Source: Tubiluchus corallicola
Lineage: Eukaryota > Animalia > Priapulida
Assembly: GCA_030141605.1 (NCBI GenBank)
Contig: JAQGDQ010000098.1
Span: 576,269 to 640,268, forward strand
Direction: 5' to 3'
DNA length: 64,000 bases
Position 1 is the stretch's first letter. The number at the start of each line of letters is the position of its first letter. Shown in pieces: positions 1 through 14,500 of the stretch. The translations under genes and the position numbers were made by a program. A model generated the notes under the pieces. That model had not been told where the DNA came from. It ran no database searches and saw nothing but the letters and a program-made list of their open reading frames with translations.

Positions 1-1098
1 CTTCAGATATTTTGGGGTCTCTAAATGGAACCTAAATGAAACATTAGTGTTTTTGAATATACTATTAATTTAATAATTGATTTCTACAAATCATTCAGTA
101 AACAAATAAGTTTTACCAATTAATGAATGTGAGGAAATTAAGAAAGTGCAAGTTTGGGCATTCTAATTTTTATTCTATGCCAAGTTGATGTACACAGATT
201 TAGGAATTGACACAAACATAGTTCATGCGTCTAACACACAATGCATGAGATATGGCAGTTTTAGAGTCTGCAGTATCGAATCAAAATCTGTAACTTTGTA
301 ATATCCTTCTCATGTTAAAGTGTTAATGATTCAAGGCACAAGTATTTTGAATTGTGCCTTCATTTTACTATTTTTCTCCATGACTGTCACCCCAAATTCA
401 CGCACTGCCTTAATTTGAAAAATTGCTGAAGCTGTTTAAGGGACAACTATTATGCCTTTTATACAATTATGGCACACTGCTCCTAATTCAGATTACTGAT
501 GAAATGAATAACACAAATCACAATTTTGGTATCAAATTGTTTGTAAGACAGCACATTAGTACTTCATAATTTGATTAAGCTTATTCAATTTTTTTCTTTG
601 CATAAGCCTAAAACATACATAACTCTTACATACTAGTTACTTAGTAGCCTGCTTCATATGCAAAAAACCCTCATAGTCCGTAATCGAACTAAATAATTTA
701 AAAAATTATTGTTTCTTTGTGGATCCCACGAATTGTGGAGTTATTGTATATAGCTGGCAAATTTTGCAGAGTTGGGGCACCATTCTTTGTGGACCCAATA
801 TAAGTGGGTCCCTATCTCTGATTTGTGCACTTGCACAGTTACAGATACGTCTCTATGATGCTTTCTTACCAGTTCCATTTGTCTTAGAGGTTTTCAAAAT
901 GTTTCTTTCGTAATATAACTTGTTCAATGGTGCTCTAGACTGTAGTGCACCTGCACCAGCCATGCCCAATCTGTCATATCATGAATGACTGGCTTGTCAT
1001 GAATGTATTAAGTTAATATAATAATTATTGTCAATTATGATTCAAATACTAAGGCTGGTGCAATATTATTTTTGCAGTCTTTTACTAAGACAAAGCTG

Positions 1099-2019
1099 AT
1101 GTGGATCAGCCTATGCCACTGTGCTGCAAATTGTCCAGCTCGATGCTTCAGCACAACGTCAGTTCATCATTATTTATTTATAAAATCACGCCCCCAAAAA
1201 ACAAGATATCCTAATTTTAAACGGCCACGAAACATGAAAATCAATCTGGACGTGATGCCTTGGAAACCAGGCGAAGAGGTTAAACCGCCAGTTGATGAAA
1301 AATATGAAAAAGGAGGTCTAAATGATGATGAGAGAGGAGTGAAGCTGTACGCTGTATGGCGTCATCGTTCACTTAAGAAAAAAACCTGGATGGAACGAGA
1401 AGCATTGGAAGAGCTTGGCCTGGAGGATCAAGTTCGGGTAATATTTTTATTTTAATCAGGCTTATGAATTTATTTAGTTTTTTCAACAAAGTATGTTCAG
1501 ATTATGGTTCTGTACATTGCTTTCCCACAAACAAACACCTACATACTTTAATGAAAACAATTAGCTTTCGGTTTTAATATCTTTTTTGCATTAAGATGCT
1601 TTTCTTACACCCAAGAAAATCGCAGATGAAAAGGTTTTTGTGCACTTTTATGTGCAGAAGTGCATTTTCCTGGTTTAAAATTTTCGTGACTGTTTTTGTT
1701 TTTCCAGAGGGAAGAAATAGTAGTGCTGCCAAATACTCCTTCCATACTAAAGAAACTCTGGCAGGTAAAGCATCTGGTAGAAATGGTTCCAATCACGTTT
1801 CCGTATGGTGAACCTGCAGAAGAGGACATCGAGCATGTGCTTTTAAAGCGCAATGGTGAAATGTTAGTGACAAAACAACTAAAAGTAGGAAAGCCAAACA
1901 CGGAACATAGAAAGAAGGCAGTCACTAATGATATGATAAAAGACAAGGTGCGGACTCAGTGGGAATTTGGAGATCAGCGAATAGAAGAGTATGATCCAAA
2001 ATTTTATTTGCGCAGATAA
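1099..2019 (+). CDS. MRPL30: Mitochondrial ribosomal protein L30 (uL30m), 2 coding exons, about 216 aa
   Basis: Exons 1099-1437 and 1708-2019 with a phase-0 GT-AG intron; an acceptor (tttgcag) at 1077 implies an upstream UTR exon. KLYAVWRHRSLKKKTWMEREALEELGL...VLPNTPSILKKLWQVKHLVEMVPITFPYGEPAEEDIEHVLLKRNGE parallels the metazoan MRPL30 core. The N-terminus is basic and presequence-like. Confidence 0.88.
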
Positions 2020-2162
2020 CGGCTGCCTACTTGTACTTAGTATGCAACAGAACTATTCACACAAAAACGTTTTAAACGTCTTCTCTGCGACCTTATCCAG
2101 TATTTCGACAATGTTCTGAAGGAAAAAGAAAAGTGAGATTTTGATGCATTCGTAACTAGAAA

Positions 2163-2179
2163 TTTATTCTCAGAATAAA
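2163..2179. terminator. Back-to-back AATAAA poly(A) signals for convergent MRPL30 (+) and GCNA (-)
   Basis: TTTATTCT-C-AGAATAAA gives AATAAA on + at 2174-2179 and on - at 2163-2168, between the stop codons at 2019 and 2511. Confidence 0.5.
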
Positions 2180-2510
2180 AGCATTAAATGTGCATTTGAA
2201 AATGAAGGCTTACACATGATTTTCATTTTAGACTTTTATGTTAATTATTGATTAATTCAGCATTAGTTAACATGCTTAACAGCAACTGACACTAAAAGAA
2301 GGCCGTTGGTCCATAATAATTTCTGTTTGACATAAAGTTGAGATTGTTACCTTCAACACTTAGTTTAAACACTAAAGTGCATTGCTATTGTAACGAATTC
2401 TAGTTATTTGCTTATTAGATAAGCATTTACAGTGTTTGACATTATATGCTGCAGTCTAAAGATCAGTATTCAGTTTAATTATGTCGTAACTTTGTAGATG
2501 GTACTCGCAT

Positions 2511-5500
2511 TCAAGATATTTTATTCTTTTCTGCAAACTCAGCACTAAGTATTTTCATCACCTCCTGATGCTTGGCATTTGCACGTTTTTTCACTGACCC
2601 GTAGTTCTCCTTGACATACATGGCAAATTTACCCGGAGTCTTTTTCTCCTGGTTCGAGGATGATGGTGTCCCTGAGATCAAAAGTTCAAACCGTCCTTTG
2701 CACAAGCCACAAACTTTTTTTTTAATGTCTATCGACTTGGAATGACGTCCAATTCTAAAATGAAGAGAAGATATAGAATTAGAAGGCACCAGTTGAAAGT
2801 CGACTGCTTTGAGCACAAAATAATTGAGCCGTATTCTTTGAAAATTATGTAGTTGCTATACAGTATAATGCGTTTATAACGAGGCCTGTTATAACGAGCA
2901 TCTAGTTATTACGAGGAAATTTCAAAGTCCCGCCAAATCTTAGACTCAAGTAATATATTTAAATCTTACAGCAAACTCTGATGGTATGAGATATTGCTTA
3001 TTACGAGGAAATTTTCTGGCTGTGTGACTGCATTCTACCCTGCATATAACGAGAGCAACTTCTAAAACAATGGTCAAATGGGCACCGTTCACCAAGAGCA
3101 AAAAATTATGGTGCACTGTGGTGGTTAATTTATTGATCGCATTGATAAAACGATGTTATGTATATCAAGTACAGCACAATCATGTAGATGTGCTGGTCAG
3201 TCAGCTCAGCGACTACAAGTGCTGCTGTCCACACTGCAGTCAGAATGAAGAGAGCACAATGATTCAGAGAGAAAAAGAACCAGTTTGCCAACACATTAGG
3301 ATGTTATCAATGTCTATTCTTAATTTATATTAACGATCTTCCCACATGCAGCAACTTTCGAACCCGAATATTTGCCGATTACACTAATTTGTTCATGTCT
3401 GACTCCAATATAAATAATCTGCAAAAATCTGTTAATGACGAAATGAAAAAAATAGACCTGTGGATGAGGGCAAACCAGCTATCAATTAACTACAAAAAAA
3501 CCAAATTTATGATAATCAACAATAAGCAAATTAACAATGCTAATAATCCAAAATTTCATATTATAATAAACAAACACAAAATTGAAGAAACAGACAACAT
3601 CAAATACTTGGGCCTACTCATTGATAATAAATTAACATGGGAACCACATATAAAACACATAACATACAAATTAAGTCGAATTACTGGAATAATTTTAAAA
3701 GTAAGGCACTACGTTGACCAATATATTCTGAAACTTCTATATAATTCGTTAGTTTTCCCTTATTTACAATATTCCATCTTAACATGGGGTACAGCTTTTG
3801 CATCAACTCAAAAATTAATACAGACACAACAAAACAAAATAGTAAAATTAATAACTTTTGCTCGCAAATATGATCATGCTACACCATCGTTCGTAAAATT
3901 AAAAATTTTAAAAGTAAGAGATATTTACAATTTTGAGATGTTCAAATTTATGTATAAATTCAATGCTGGTTTATTACCCGAACTTTTTAGAGAATATTTC
4001 ACTAATGTTTCTGATATACATTCCTACTCCACAAGAGCTGCTTCTAATGAACAGTATTTTGTGGAGAGATTTTTTACCCGACATGGTTTCAATAGCTTAA
4101 AATCACGAGGAGTTAAATTATGGAACTCGTTGCCAAAAGATACCTTTGGCGGTAGCTTATTTTCTGCTTCCAAAAAATACACAAAATTCTTACTAAATGA
4201 ATATACCTGTAATACATAACTTGTAAGACTAATAAGCAAGCTATCAAGTGTGTTTTTTTCTTCTCATCTCCTAAGTAATTGTTGCTCTTTCTTATACTTA
4301 CTTTTTCTCTTAAATTTTCTATATTACACTTTTTTTTGATACTTATTTTATCTCTCCATACAGTCAAAATCCCCTGTCAATAAGGCCCCTATATGAAAAT
4401 ATATATAATAATCATAATTACTTGTATTGTTTTGTTTAGATTTTGGTGTCATCTAACTTTATTATTTTTTGTTTTCACTTATACTGTTTTCATTTATACT
4501 TTGTTTTCATTTATACTGTTTATTATTATTATTTCTTTTCCTATTTGATTTTGTTATCCGCAGTCTCACCAATGTTATCAGACGACAGTAAACTTAACAG
4601 CAGTCAAGTAATACTTGAATAAAGTGTCAACAATAACAGAGTTTTTTTTAAATGAACTGTTCTGCTTTGCAAAATAAATAATACTGTGATTTTTCAAAGT
4701 TTATTTTTTTTAAAAAATACTGTTTTAAGTAAATACAGTGATTTTAGATTAAATGGCACATTTGAGTCACACAAAATACTGTTCATCGAATTTGAACATA
4801 CTACTTTGCATCATTTCTGAAGCCACACATTGTACATTATTTATACAACTTTGTCATTAATAAATGCTTGTTCATCTAGTAATCACACACGTATGATTAG
4901 CAGCGTATGCTTGCAGACTACCTCGGTTACAGAGTAATTTTTTTTGGGTCCCTAGCAGGTTCGTTATAATGATGTTATACTGTACGTTTCACCTTTCCTT
5001 GAACAAATAAATATAAGCGATAAAATTTATAAATGTTTCATTTGTATAAACTAATGCCTTTGAACCCGACACATCCCAGACTTCCAGTGCTACATTATTT
5101 CCAATGGAGCATGGATTCCAATGGAAACAACGATTTCTCCAGTGTTGCATTTTCATGGAATGCATCGTAAGCAAGGACTCGCTGTACCCAAAAACCACAA
5201 AAAAACATCTCAAACTATTCTTCCATGGAAATTTGTTGTGATAATGCATTCTAAGGAGAAAGTTTAGTAAGACTGTACAGTACTTACTGATATGAACACT
5301 GCGTACACCTGTAGATAAACTTTGTGTTAATTGTATAATCGTGGCATCGGCTAATGGGAGACAATTCAGGCAGTCTCAACATTGCAATTTGTGTCCTGTA
5401 ATGATAAAATGATATACTGTGCTGCTCCTTATTTTGTGATATACATATTTATCAACGATATTTATTCAAGGTCACAAGTAGTGGAGCAATACAGAATAGC

Positions 5501-8500
5501 AAACATATTCTCAGGAAATTAGTTGAATCTTGCAACAGTATGAACTGAAATTATTCAAATGTCATCAATTCACTGAGCACCACAAAAAAAAATTCATGAC
5601 ACTAATTAACCAAAAAAGTGTGGAATAAAAATATATAAGAAAATTTACAACTCAGTGATAAACAAGATAACATCGGTTTACAATTAGCCTGTCTTCCAGA
5701 CATAATATGTACACAGATAATAATAAAATGACTCATTACACCACAAGCAAATTAAGTGTTCACACGAACAATGTTTTACTGTATTACAACATTAAAAATG
5801 TACAAAGACGATCGATGCAAAACGCTAACAAAAAATGAACATTAGTAAAATGTTATTCAATATTCACGAATGTTTTGTGAAGCTGTTCAAGTTAAGTACT
5901 TGCCAATTTATATCTTTTTAGTTACCTATTATCTTAACAATACTTTATTCTAATTTGTGTGACTATGTTGCCTGTTTTACACAAGATTTTAAAATTACAA
6001 GTATCTTACCAATGTTTCCACAAAGGCCCATGGCCATCCTGGTATCCGTATATAATCCACGCTGCAGCATGGCACAACTCATGAATCAACGTGCTTTTTA
6101 CCCTTTCTGTGTGCAGCAAAAAAGTTAGTATTTAGTAGAAAATGCCAAATAGGAAATAATACACTAGCACAGCAAAGCTACTGATAACTACTCAGTCCAA
6201 TTTCCAATTGAGACATCAGCATCGTGGAATCATTAAAGGCAAGAAAATGTTTATTTAACAACAAAGATTAAAGTGAACAAAGGTCTAAAAAACTGGATGG
6301 TTTCTCTTTAACTAGGTAATTTATAAGCAATACTGTTGCCTGCTTGCCCCACCAACTTCAAATAAGGGTCTTTATTTTCCTGAGTTTCCTTAAAATTTAA
6401 GATGCCCAAAACAGTACAAAACAACAGATTTTACAGTATGGCATTTGTCTAAAAAATCTGCTAGGTTATAAAACTGCCAGTAAAGTCATTCAACATTATT
6501 TCGTTTTAAAGTTTAACAACTAAAAGATATGCAGCTACAAGTCAACTTACACCACTTTCTTGGTACACTTGTAAAAAACCATTTACATTACTAAATTTTC
6601 CCAATACACAAAATAATGAAATTTGCTCACCGGCCGAATCACACACTTTAGTTGAGAGTTCTATACGTGACCTTCGTCCATATGGTTGCTGCTTGCAGTC
6701 ACGCTTATTGTAACAAAAACCAGCTGTTTTTCTCATCCTTGGATTCCAAGTGATACTCAAGTCTTTTGGAAGCTAACAAAAAATTTTATGAATGATGATT
6801 GTGCATTTTATATATTCAAAAATGTGGTATTATGCTCCTTTATATGATTGTATCTTTTTCAAGTTTTCAATAAATTTTTGATCTACTACATTACAGCAGA
6901 ATCTGTTATAACCAGCAACAGCTTTAGAATGTATTACTGAGAAGAAAAACGTCTTTTGCATCATTTCTAGTTACATCATGCATTGAAGCGCTAAAGGGGA
7001 AAGAAACCATGGATCTTTCCTGAACAATGGTCTAACGTCATGGCACTCCATCAAGTGATAGAAAAGAATGGAGTGGAAGTGAACACAACAGAACAGAATA
7101 AAATAATAAGATGGCAACATAACAGGATACATTAGTCAAATAAGAGTAGAGTAACAGTTACAGAAAATAAAATGTTATAATCACCAAAAACAGGACGAGA
7201 GCAGTTTTCACTGGAAAAGAAATAGCAGGGAAAAAGATGTATTCACCAAAAGTCTACTGTTAACATTTCGGCATCACCAGTAAGTTCAGGAAATGGCACA
7301 ATAAGGATTTTTCCAAAAATTTCTTTTACAGTATATATACGGCACATATTAATGTATTATAATAGCGCAACTGATAAATATTTGTTAGTAATAATGTACA
7401 AGAATATTTATATAATACAAAATCTGACGAATTTCTTCGTACGAAAAACCATGTAGGTAGTTTTCCCCTTCAGTAAGCCAGTACAGCTCATAGGCAAATA
7501 TATCAGAAATTACAAATAGCAGTGTTATTAAAACTGGAAAAATTTTCCGCAACGAATATCCTATTCACTCTGAAGGTTGTGCAAGGAGAATTCATGTTTA
7601 ACAGAGAATGTGTCTTTAAAAAAAACTTTTGAACAATGTATACATGCTAACAGCTCACATGTTCTCTTAGCTATTAAAGCTATTATTAGCTCTTAGCTAT
7701 TATTACTCAAATGAGGAAGCTTCGGCAATCGTTATCGCCATGGTAGAACGTATGTTATATAGTATGCCCAGTATACGATGCAGGGTCTTTCGATATTCAA
7801 CAATCATCAATTTTATACTTCTGTCAGTTAAATTAAAAATTGAACAGTCACAGAATGCACAGCAATAAGCATTGAACAATTTAAGCAATACACGTTTGTT
7901 ACTCACAGTTTTGAAAAAACACAGTAATGAATTCACTGCTTAAATGAAATTATGCATGCCATAACTACTTCGGGAGACTGAGACAGATTATATGTAAATT
8001 AGTAGCCTAAATGAGATACTTTGTTATGCCAGCTTAAAGTTAAACCATTAACTGATATCCGAGATAATCTACATTCTTTGGAAAGTACAAACAAAACACA
8101 TTTGGATTTCATATGTTTAACAACATGTCCATCTTATTTGCAAATTTAGCACAAACATTTAACAACTTTTTTAAACATATTACACTTGGTACCAGCAGTG
8201 CAACATTATCTGCATAGCTTAATGTGCCTACAGTTTGAAAAATGATACCCTAATTTAGCACTTTGGAGGCTGATTAACAGCTCATCAACGTACAGAATGA
8301 ATAAAATCCCAGACAAAACACTTTCCTGTCTTATACCATCTGTTATGATAAATTCTGCTAAGTAAGCATTAGTTGGCACTTTCTTTGAATTTTTAAGCTT
8401 TTCTCAAACAGGGTCAAAATGACAACTCTATCGAATGATTTTGTAAAATCAATTAAGCATGCATAAACAGGCGTATCTTTATTATTAAGAATCCTAACAG

Positions 8501-11500
8501 TATCCATTAATACCGACGTGCAAAGATCTGTAGAGCTTATCTTTTTATAAGCAAACTGAAGATCACAGCTGGCAAGTTTATTCTGATACTTATTTAAAAG
8601 CTAAGAGCTAAGGCTACCCCCCACCCATAGAGTGGTATGTGGATCTTTAGTCATTGGATTAACAAGTAACGTAAGACACATAACTAGTTTCTTAGAGCAA
8701 TTCATAATGTGATCGCTGTCTAGTCCTATGGATCCATCTCTTTTACTACTCTTTAGCTTTGATATTGCTTACTGGACCTCAGTTATACTGAGTGAGAGAT
8801 TGATCTAGCATAACGTTTGTACATAGTCTGTCTTGCAGACATTGTAGTTCATTTACTATCGTCCCGACACTGTTACATAGTTGTCACTGAAAATCTTTTC
8901 CGATGTCATTGGCTATTTTCTTAACATCAGCGTAGCCATCAACGTTGTTAGACACGGTTTTATTTGTTTTGCATAAGCGCCTCACTTCATGCCAGAATGT
9001 TCTACTATCTTATTGCATCATTGCTTACGAATGATTCCAAATTGATTTTTGATTCCGAATTGCATCTTGGTTTCACAGAACTTCTTTGAGTTTTTTATGG
9101 TACTTAGCGTGGGTACTGTTACATATGTTACACAGCAGTCCATTTCCTGGTCTACCATTTTCGCACCATATATTGTGCCAAAACAGAGCTTGCTGCTCCA
9201 ATGGTTTCACTAGCTCATTCCATCCTACAATGTAGCCTTTACCTGATCTGGACCCTGTGGGCTTTGTTTTTGCTATATGATGGTTCCCAGCATTCAGACA
9301 AATGTCAGTTATAAATTTTAGCATAACGATCAATTACCCTGGTGATTACGCAGTCTCCATTTTGAGGACAGTACACAGTATTTTTTATGGATTGGATGTT
9401 CAACTCATCCAAGTTAGTATCAATACTTGACTTATAGTTGTTTAGATCTTGCTCAGTTGCTATTGACCAAGAATGGCGGGGCACGAAGATTTTCTCATTT
9501 ATTTTGTTGGTCATCATTTTACAGTTCATCACGAATGAAACAGGTGAATAATCCGACATATTGTCAATATTATGATTTACACTGGTTAAAACCTCGCAGT
9601 CTATATGTTTTAAGCTATAAGTTTTTTTGCAATTTCACAGGTTTACAAATCTGGGCATTAATTCATTTTTCTTCCAAACCTTCTAACTTAACATATTAAC
9701 TGCTGTATCTCTTTTTGACCGAAAAGTATACTTCAATAAAGTTTTATATAAAATTGTAAACAGATACTGATGCCACAAACCTTGTTATCAAAAACTTTTT
9801 CATTATATAGTGAAAACAGATGTGAAACAAGTTTCTCCCTTGTCTTCTTGAATTTAGTAACAAATTGGACGGCGTCGGCATGTCGCTGCTTTCCTGCGGG
9901 AAGCGAGGCATTTAGCGATCTCAAGAAGCTTAACGATGATCCAGCAGGAGCAGTTACGGGAAGTTTCTCGCGTTTTCCTACAATATCAAATCATTAATTG
10001 TATTGATAAACATTAATTAGTAATCAGTTGTTGGCTAACTCCTTTGGAAATAATTCATTTTATATATAATGGTGATTATTTTTTTGTATTGGGCAAAATT
10101 ATAGAATAATTTTCAAAGTAAGAAAATGACGATGATACCCTGTGATAGGCAACACATCATGAGACAAAAACCAACTCAACAATCTCTAAAATCAATAAAT
10201 ATTTATCTATGAATAGGGTAAGTCAAACCCTATGACACACTTTCAGAGAAACATATAGTGGCACATCTATAAATTTAGTCTGTAATCTCAAATAAAATTG
10301 TAAACTGAATCATTTGTGCAATCATAAAAATGATTGTGTAACGGTGAAAGAGGTGGAAGGGTTGTAGGTGTTATTCTTAAGTCAAATTAAAATGTAAAAT
10401 TAAATAACGGTATAAACAGCTACTAATTAGCTAGTAGCTCGAAGTTTGTTTAGAAAAATTCCATCTGATATTGTGAAGCCATATAAATTTTTGTGAAAAC
10501 ATGTTTTAAAACTACTACTCATTTCTACTTACTAAATATTAAGAAATTTAAAATTTTCAGCTCGTCAGTACCTTTATTGGCTGGAGTTAAAACTTGTTCT
10601 GTCTTATTGCTAAGTACTTTTGAACTCTTCTTTACTGCAAAAAACAACCTAATGCTGCTATTAAAAGAAATAAGATAATATAGCGAATTAACATGCCAAA
10701 CAGCGACCAGTACACCAGGCCAGAAATTTGATGTTTAATGAACCATTCGTCGTGTTAAGAAAGCTGGTGTTTGTTTTCTCTGTGATAATTTAAACAAACA
10801 CAACAACACTGATCTTAGACAATCCTTTAATTTTGCCTTTTTTATTTCACTAAAGTCAAGTTATCAGTTTTGGTAGCATAACAGTATGTGATAAAGTGTC
10901 AGCATCAGAGAATAATATCAAGTAATATAATATAAAAATTCTGCATCAAAATGGGTCATACCAAAGAAAAAACATTGCCTTTGCTTACTGTTCTATATTA
11001 CTTGCCCACATAAGCCATGCTAAGAACCTTTTAGAGTGCAAAATATTAAAGCAGTAACCCACTGATCTACAGTCACTGTAGTTGCTATTGTAAGCAACAA
11101 TAAACATTCCATCATGAAAACCTCAAATGAAATTGTGACAGACAAAACCAATAGGATCTAGACGCAAGAAGAAAATGTGCCCTGCAGAATGCCAAATTCA
11201 ACTTTAATCCAGATACCTTCAAATTTATGGGACAAAGCCATAACGAGATTGCACTTAACATCATAAAAGTCAATCTAGAACACAATAAAAAAATACTGTA
11301 CCTTTTTTTCTTATACAAACATCTTTAACTACAGGTGGCGCTGAAAATATCAATGAAGATTTTTCAGTAACCCAGTTCTTCGATAGAATTCTATCGGCTA
11401 GACCGAGATGAGATACATCTGAAGAATCCGATAAACTAGAGTCTGTGTCATTAATGAATAAAGTGTCATTTACGATGTTTCTGAAAATAAAGTATCATGA

Positions 11501-14500
11501 ATGTGTTACTATAATTAGCATAATAATTTCAAGGAAAGATTTCAAAAAAGTGACCATTTAGTAAACAATTAACCTTTTAAAACATTGAATTACAAATTTC
11601 ACAAATTTTATTATTGCTATTTATTTTTGTCAGCAAATCAAAGCCACTAGGTGCTATGACTATTTGTTTCCCTCCCAAACTTCACCAAATTAGGTTGCAA
11701 AAGTACCAAACAGACAACATTCTTGGGTGCATAATCTCAAACTCACATCAACAGTACATCACAATGAATAAACATTCAATACTACAATTTGTACTCTGCT
11801 CATCTTCAAATATCGTAATAGGCATTTATAGATATATAAATTAAGCTGCAAACTTTAGCACTTCAGCAGTATTTAAATGAATGTAACGTCTTTTTGTTTT
11901 TTAAGAATATATAAATATTTGATTTCTAAATTCTGAACATTCTACAAGCTCCAGTAGCACCAAATTTTCGTGATAGTAATCCTAGGTTTCTATATAAACC
12001 ATATCAAAATTATCTATAAAACATTTATCTTACAAATCATCATTTCAGGGAGTAAAAAAATATGAAATGAACCAGAAACAGTTTAAGAAATGTGTATTTT
12101 TCAAAATCATGTTCAGCGTCTTTTGACGCAGATGGCATTCTTCAAATACACATATTAACGAATGTGCAAAGTAAATAAAAAAGTACTAGCAATATTGTTG
12201 TTGGATTGAGTAGTATTGTAGAAATAAGAAAATCTAATTATGCAGTATATTATGAGCATTACAAAAAATTGCTCATTGCACAGTCGAAATAAGGAAAAAT
12301 AAGGAGCCTCAAAGAAATACATGAGATGTACATCTAACATGGCATTTGCCATTAAATTTGAAGATTTGTGCACACAGCTATCAGTGGATAAGAAACGAAA
12401 AAATGTTCTGTTACTGTTCCTCGGCACTAGGTGTTGCATAGAGTCACAAGATGGTATATCAGTTGCATAGGCAGTTACAGTAAGTATTTTAGCATTAATC
12501 TTTTTTCTTACCGGCATCTGGGTGATCTTGCAATTGGCGTTTTCAGCTTCTCCAAAACTGCAAAACACAAAGCAGTAATTCTAAAGTGTTTTCTAATAAC
12601 AGATAAATAACATTCCTGGGTGAAATTAAATGTTTTCCGTGCATAAAAAAGACTGCTAGACTCACAATTGTGAAACAACAATAGGTGCCATTTTGTAATA
12701 TAAATTATTGACCGGCTTTGCGGTCTACGAATCTCTCTCTATAGGCGTGGCATTTACATTTATGCCTATAAATGATTTTTGCAGCAAGAGATGTGACTGC
12801 ATTCAGACCCATTTAAAGCATAACAGCAACTTACAGTTATCAAATTCTTCGTCCGAATCTGAAGATGTAGCTTCTTTCTTTTTTTCATTATTCTGTGATC
12901 TGCAGCAAAAAGTAAGACAGTAGCAGTAGCTAAAAGCAGACAAACTATAAAAAGACTCACTTTTTTGGCACATTGAATTACTGAAACACCAAAATTACTA
13001 ACCATGGGAAAACAGCTAAGATATATCAGAAAGATCATGAGATCTAGCGGCCTCATGTTCATTTCTTAAACAAATACATTAACTGAAGCAAATTATATAC
13101 AATTATATACATATATACAATTACTATAGCTATGATGACTACAGTCAAAGCAATGCAGCAACATACAAACAAAAAGCAACATAGTTTATAAATTTGACAA
13201 TATTTATTCAGATAACCAAGAAATGAAGTTGCAAAATACTAGACACCATTTTGTGCTTACCTGGGTTTTGGTTTCCCCAAATGTGGCGTCACTAGTCGGT
13301 TGAGAACTAAAAGAAAGAATGAAAGCACGTGTTATGTGAACAATAGTACAGAACAATTTATTATATCAAAGTACCCAAACAATAGCGAATCCGTCATCCC
13401 CTCGAAATTTAGCGTAGAGTCTCATACATCTCACAAGGCCAGTAATTTCGAGGATATGATTACAACAGTGACTGGAGGAACTAAAGGTCCTCCAATGCAT
13501 CTTGCAAATGTCTCATATGCTTATCTGTTGAATACTGATCAATGTCACGTTTTGTTATCATCTCACAGTTCACTCTGTTCTTCAGAATAACTCTAATGTG
13601 TTTGGAAGAATTGAGGCTCGGCAAATTTCCAGGCCATTCAGTTGAATTGGAAAAATTTATCCTGAATTTTCAGCTTACTACACTGATCATAACTCCCAAG
13701 ATGGCAGGCTACGCAAGATATGTAAGGTTTTTACACTAAAATTTGACGGAATGATAGATCCATGATAGATTCTCTTTTCTTTCAGTCATCCTTTAGTACA
13801 AAAAAATTTTTCTGTACATACTGTTACTCATTTTTGCACCAACTGGGAAAAGATTACGTATCACCCTGTACAGCATGTAACCAACAGCAACATTGCAAAC
13901 AAAAGCAAATGAGAATTGGATATTTCAGCTTATTACAGCATAAAAATAAACATGAATCATATGGTGCACTTAGCAAAGGAAAATGTTATCCTGCTCGATC
14001 CCATTTAACTTAGCAACTTTTCAACTTTCTTTAACAACAGTAAATTACTTACGATGGTCAAATTCATCATCTGAGCTGTTAACATCTGAGGAAACTATAT
14101 CCTGGCTCTTCTTACTTTGCAGTTCTCTGTATTAAGACAGATGTATATGTAGTTATAACAATTACCTGCTATTAGAAAGTGTTAGCTACTCCTATTTATT
14201 AGTTTCCACAGTCCTCGCATATGTATTTAAATACATGTGTATTTAAATGAGTTGATGGCCAACAGGCTCGAAAACAATTTTTGGTATTATGATTGTCCAT
14301 AAATATTTTACTACACTAAATTACATGTTCCACAATAAAACTTTCCAATTTAATATCAAATTGCAGTAATTAAAATATGCACTATGCTTCAAATTAGAAA
14401 TGACAAGACCAAAATGCATTCAAATCCAAGTCCGTGAGCATGATTATCATTTGCTTATTCACGCCAAATGCTGACCAATCCACACGCCTGCACATTATGG

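Noticed and set aside
3314-4219. Domesticated or retron-like reverse transcriptase gene
   Set aside because: It lacks the N-terminal RT motifs, its catalytic FADD is mutated and it lies inside a MITE. This is a typical 5'-truncated LINE copy.
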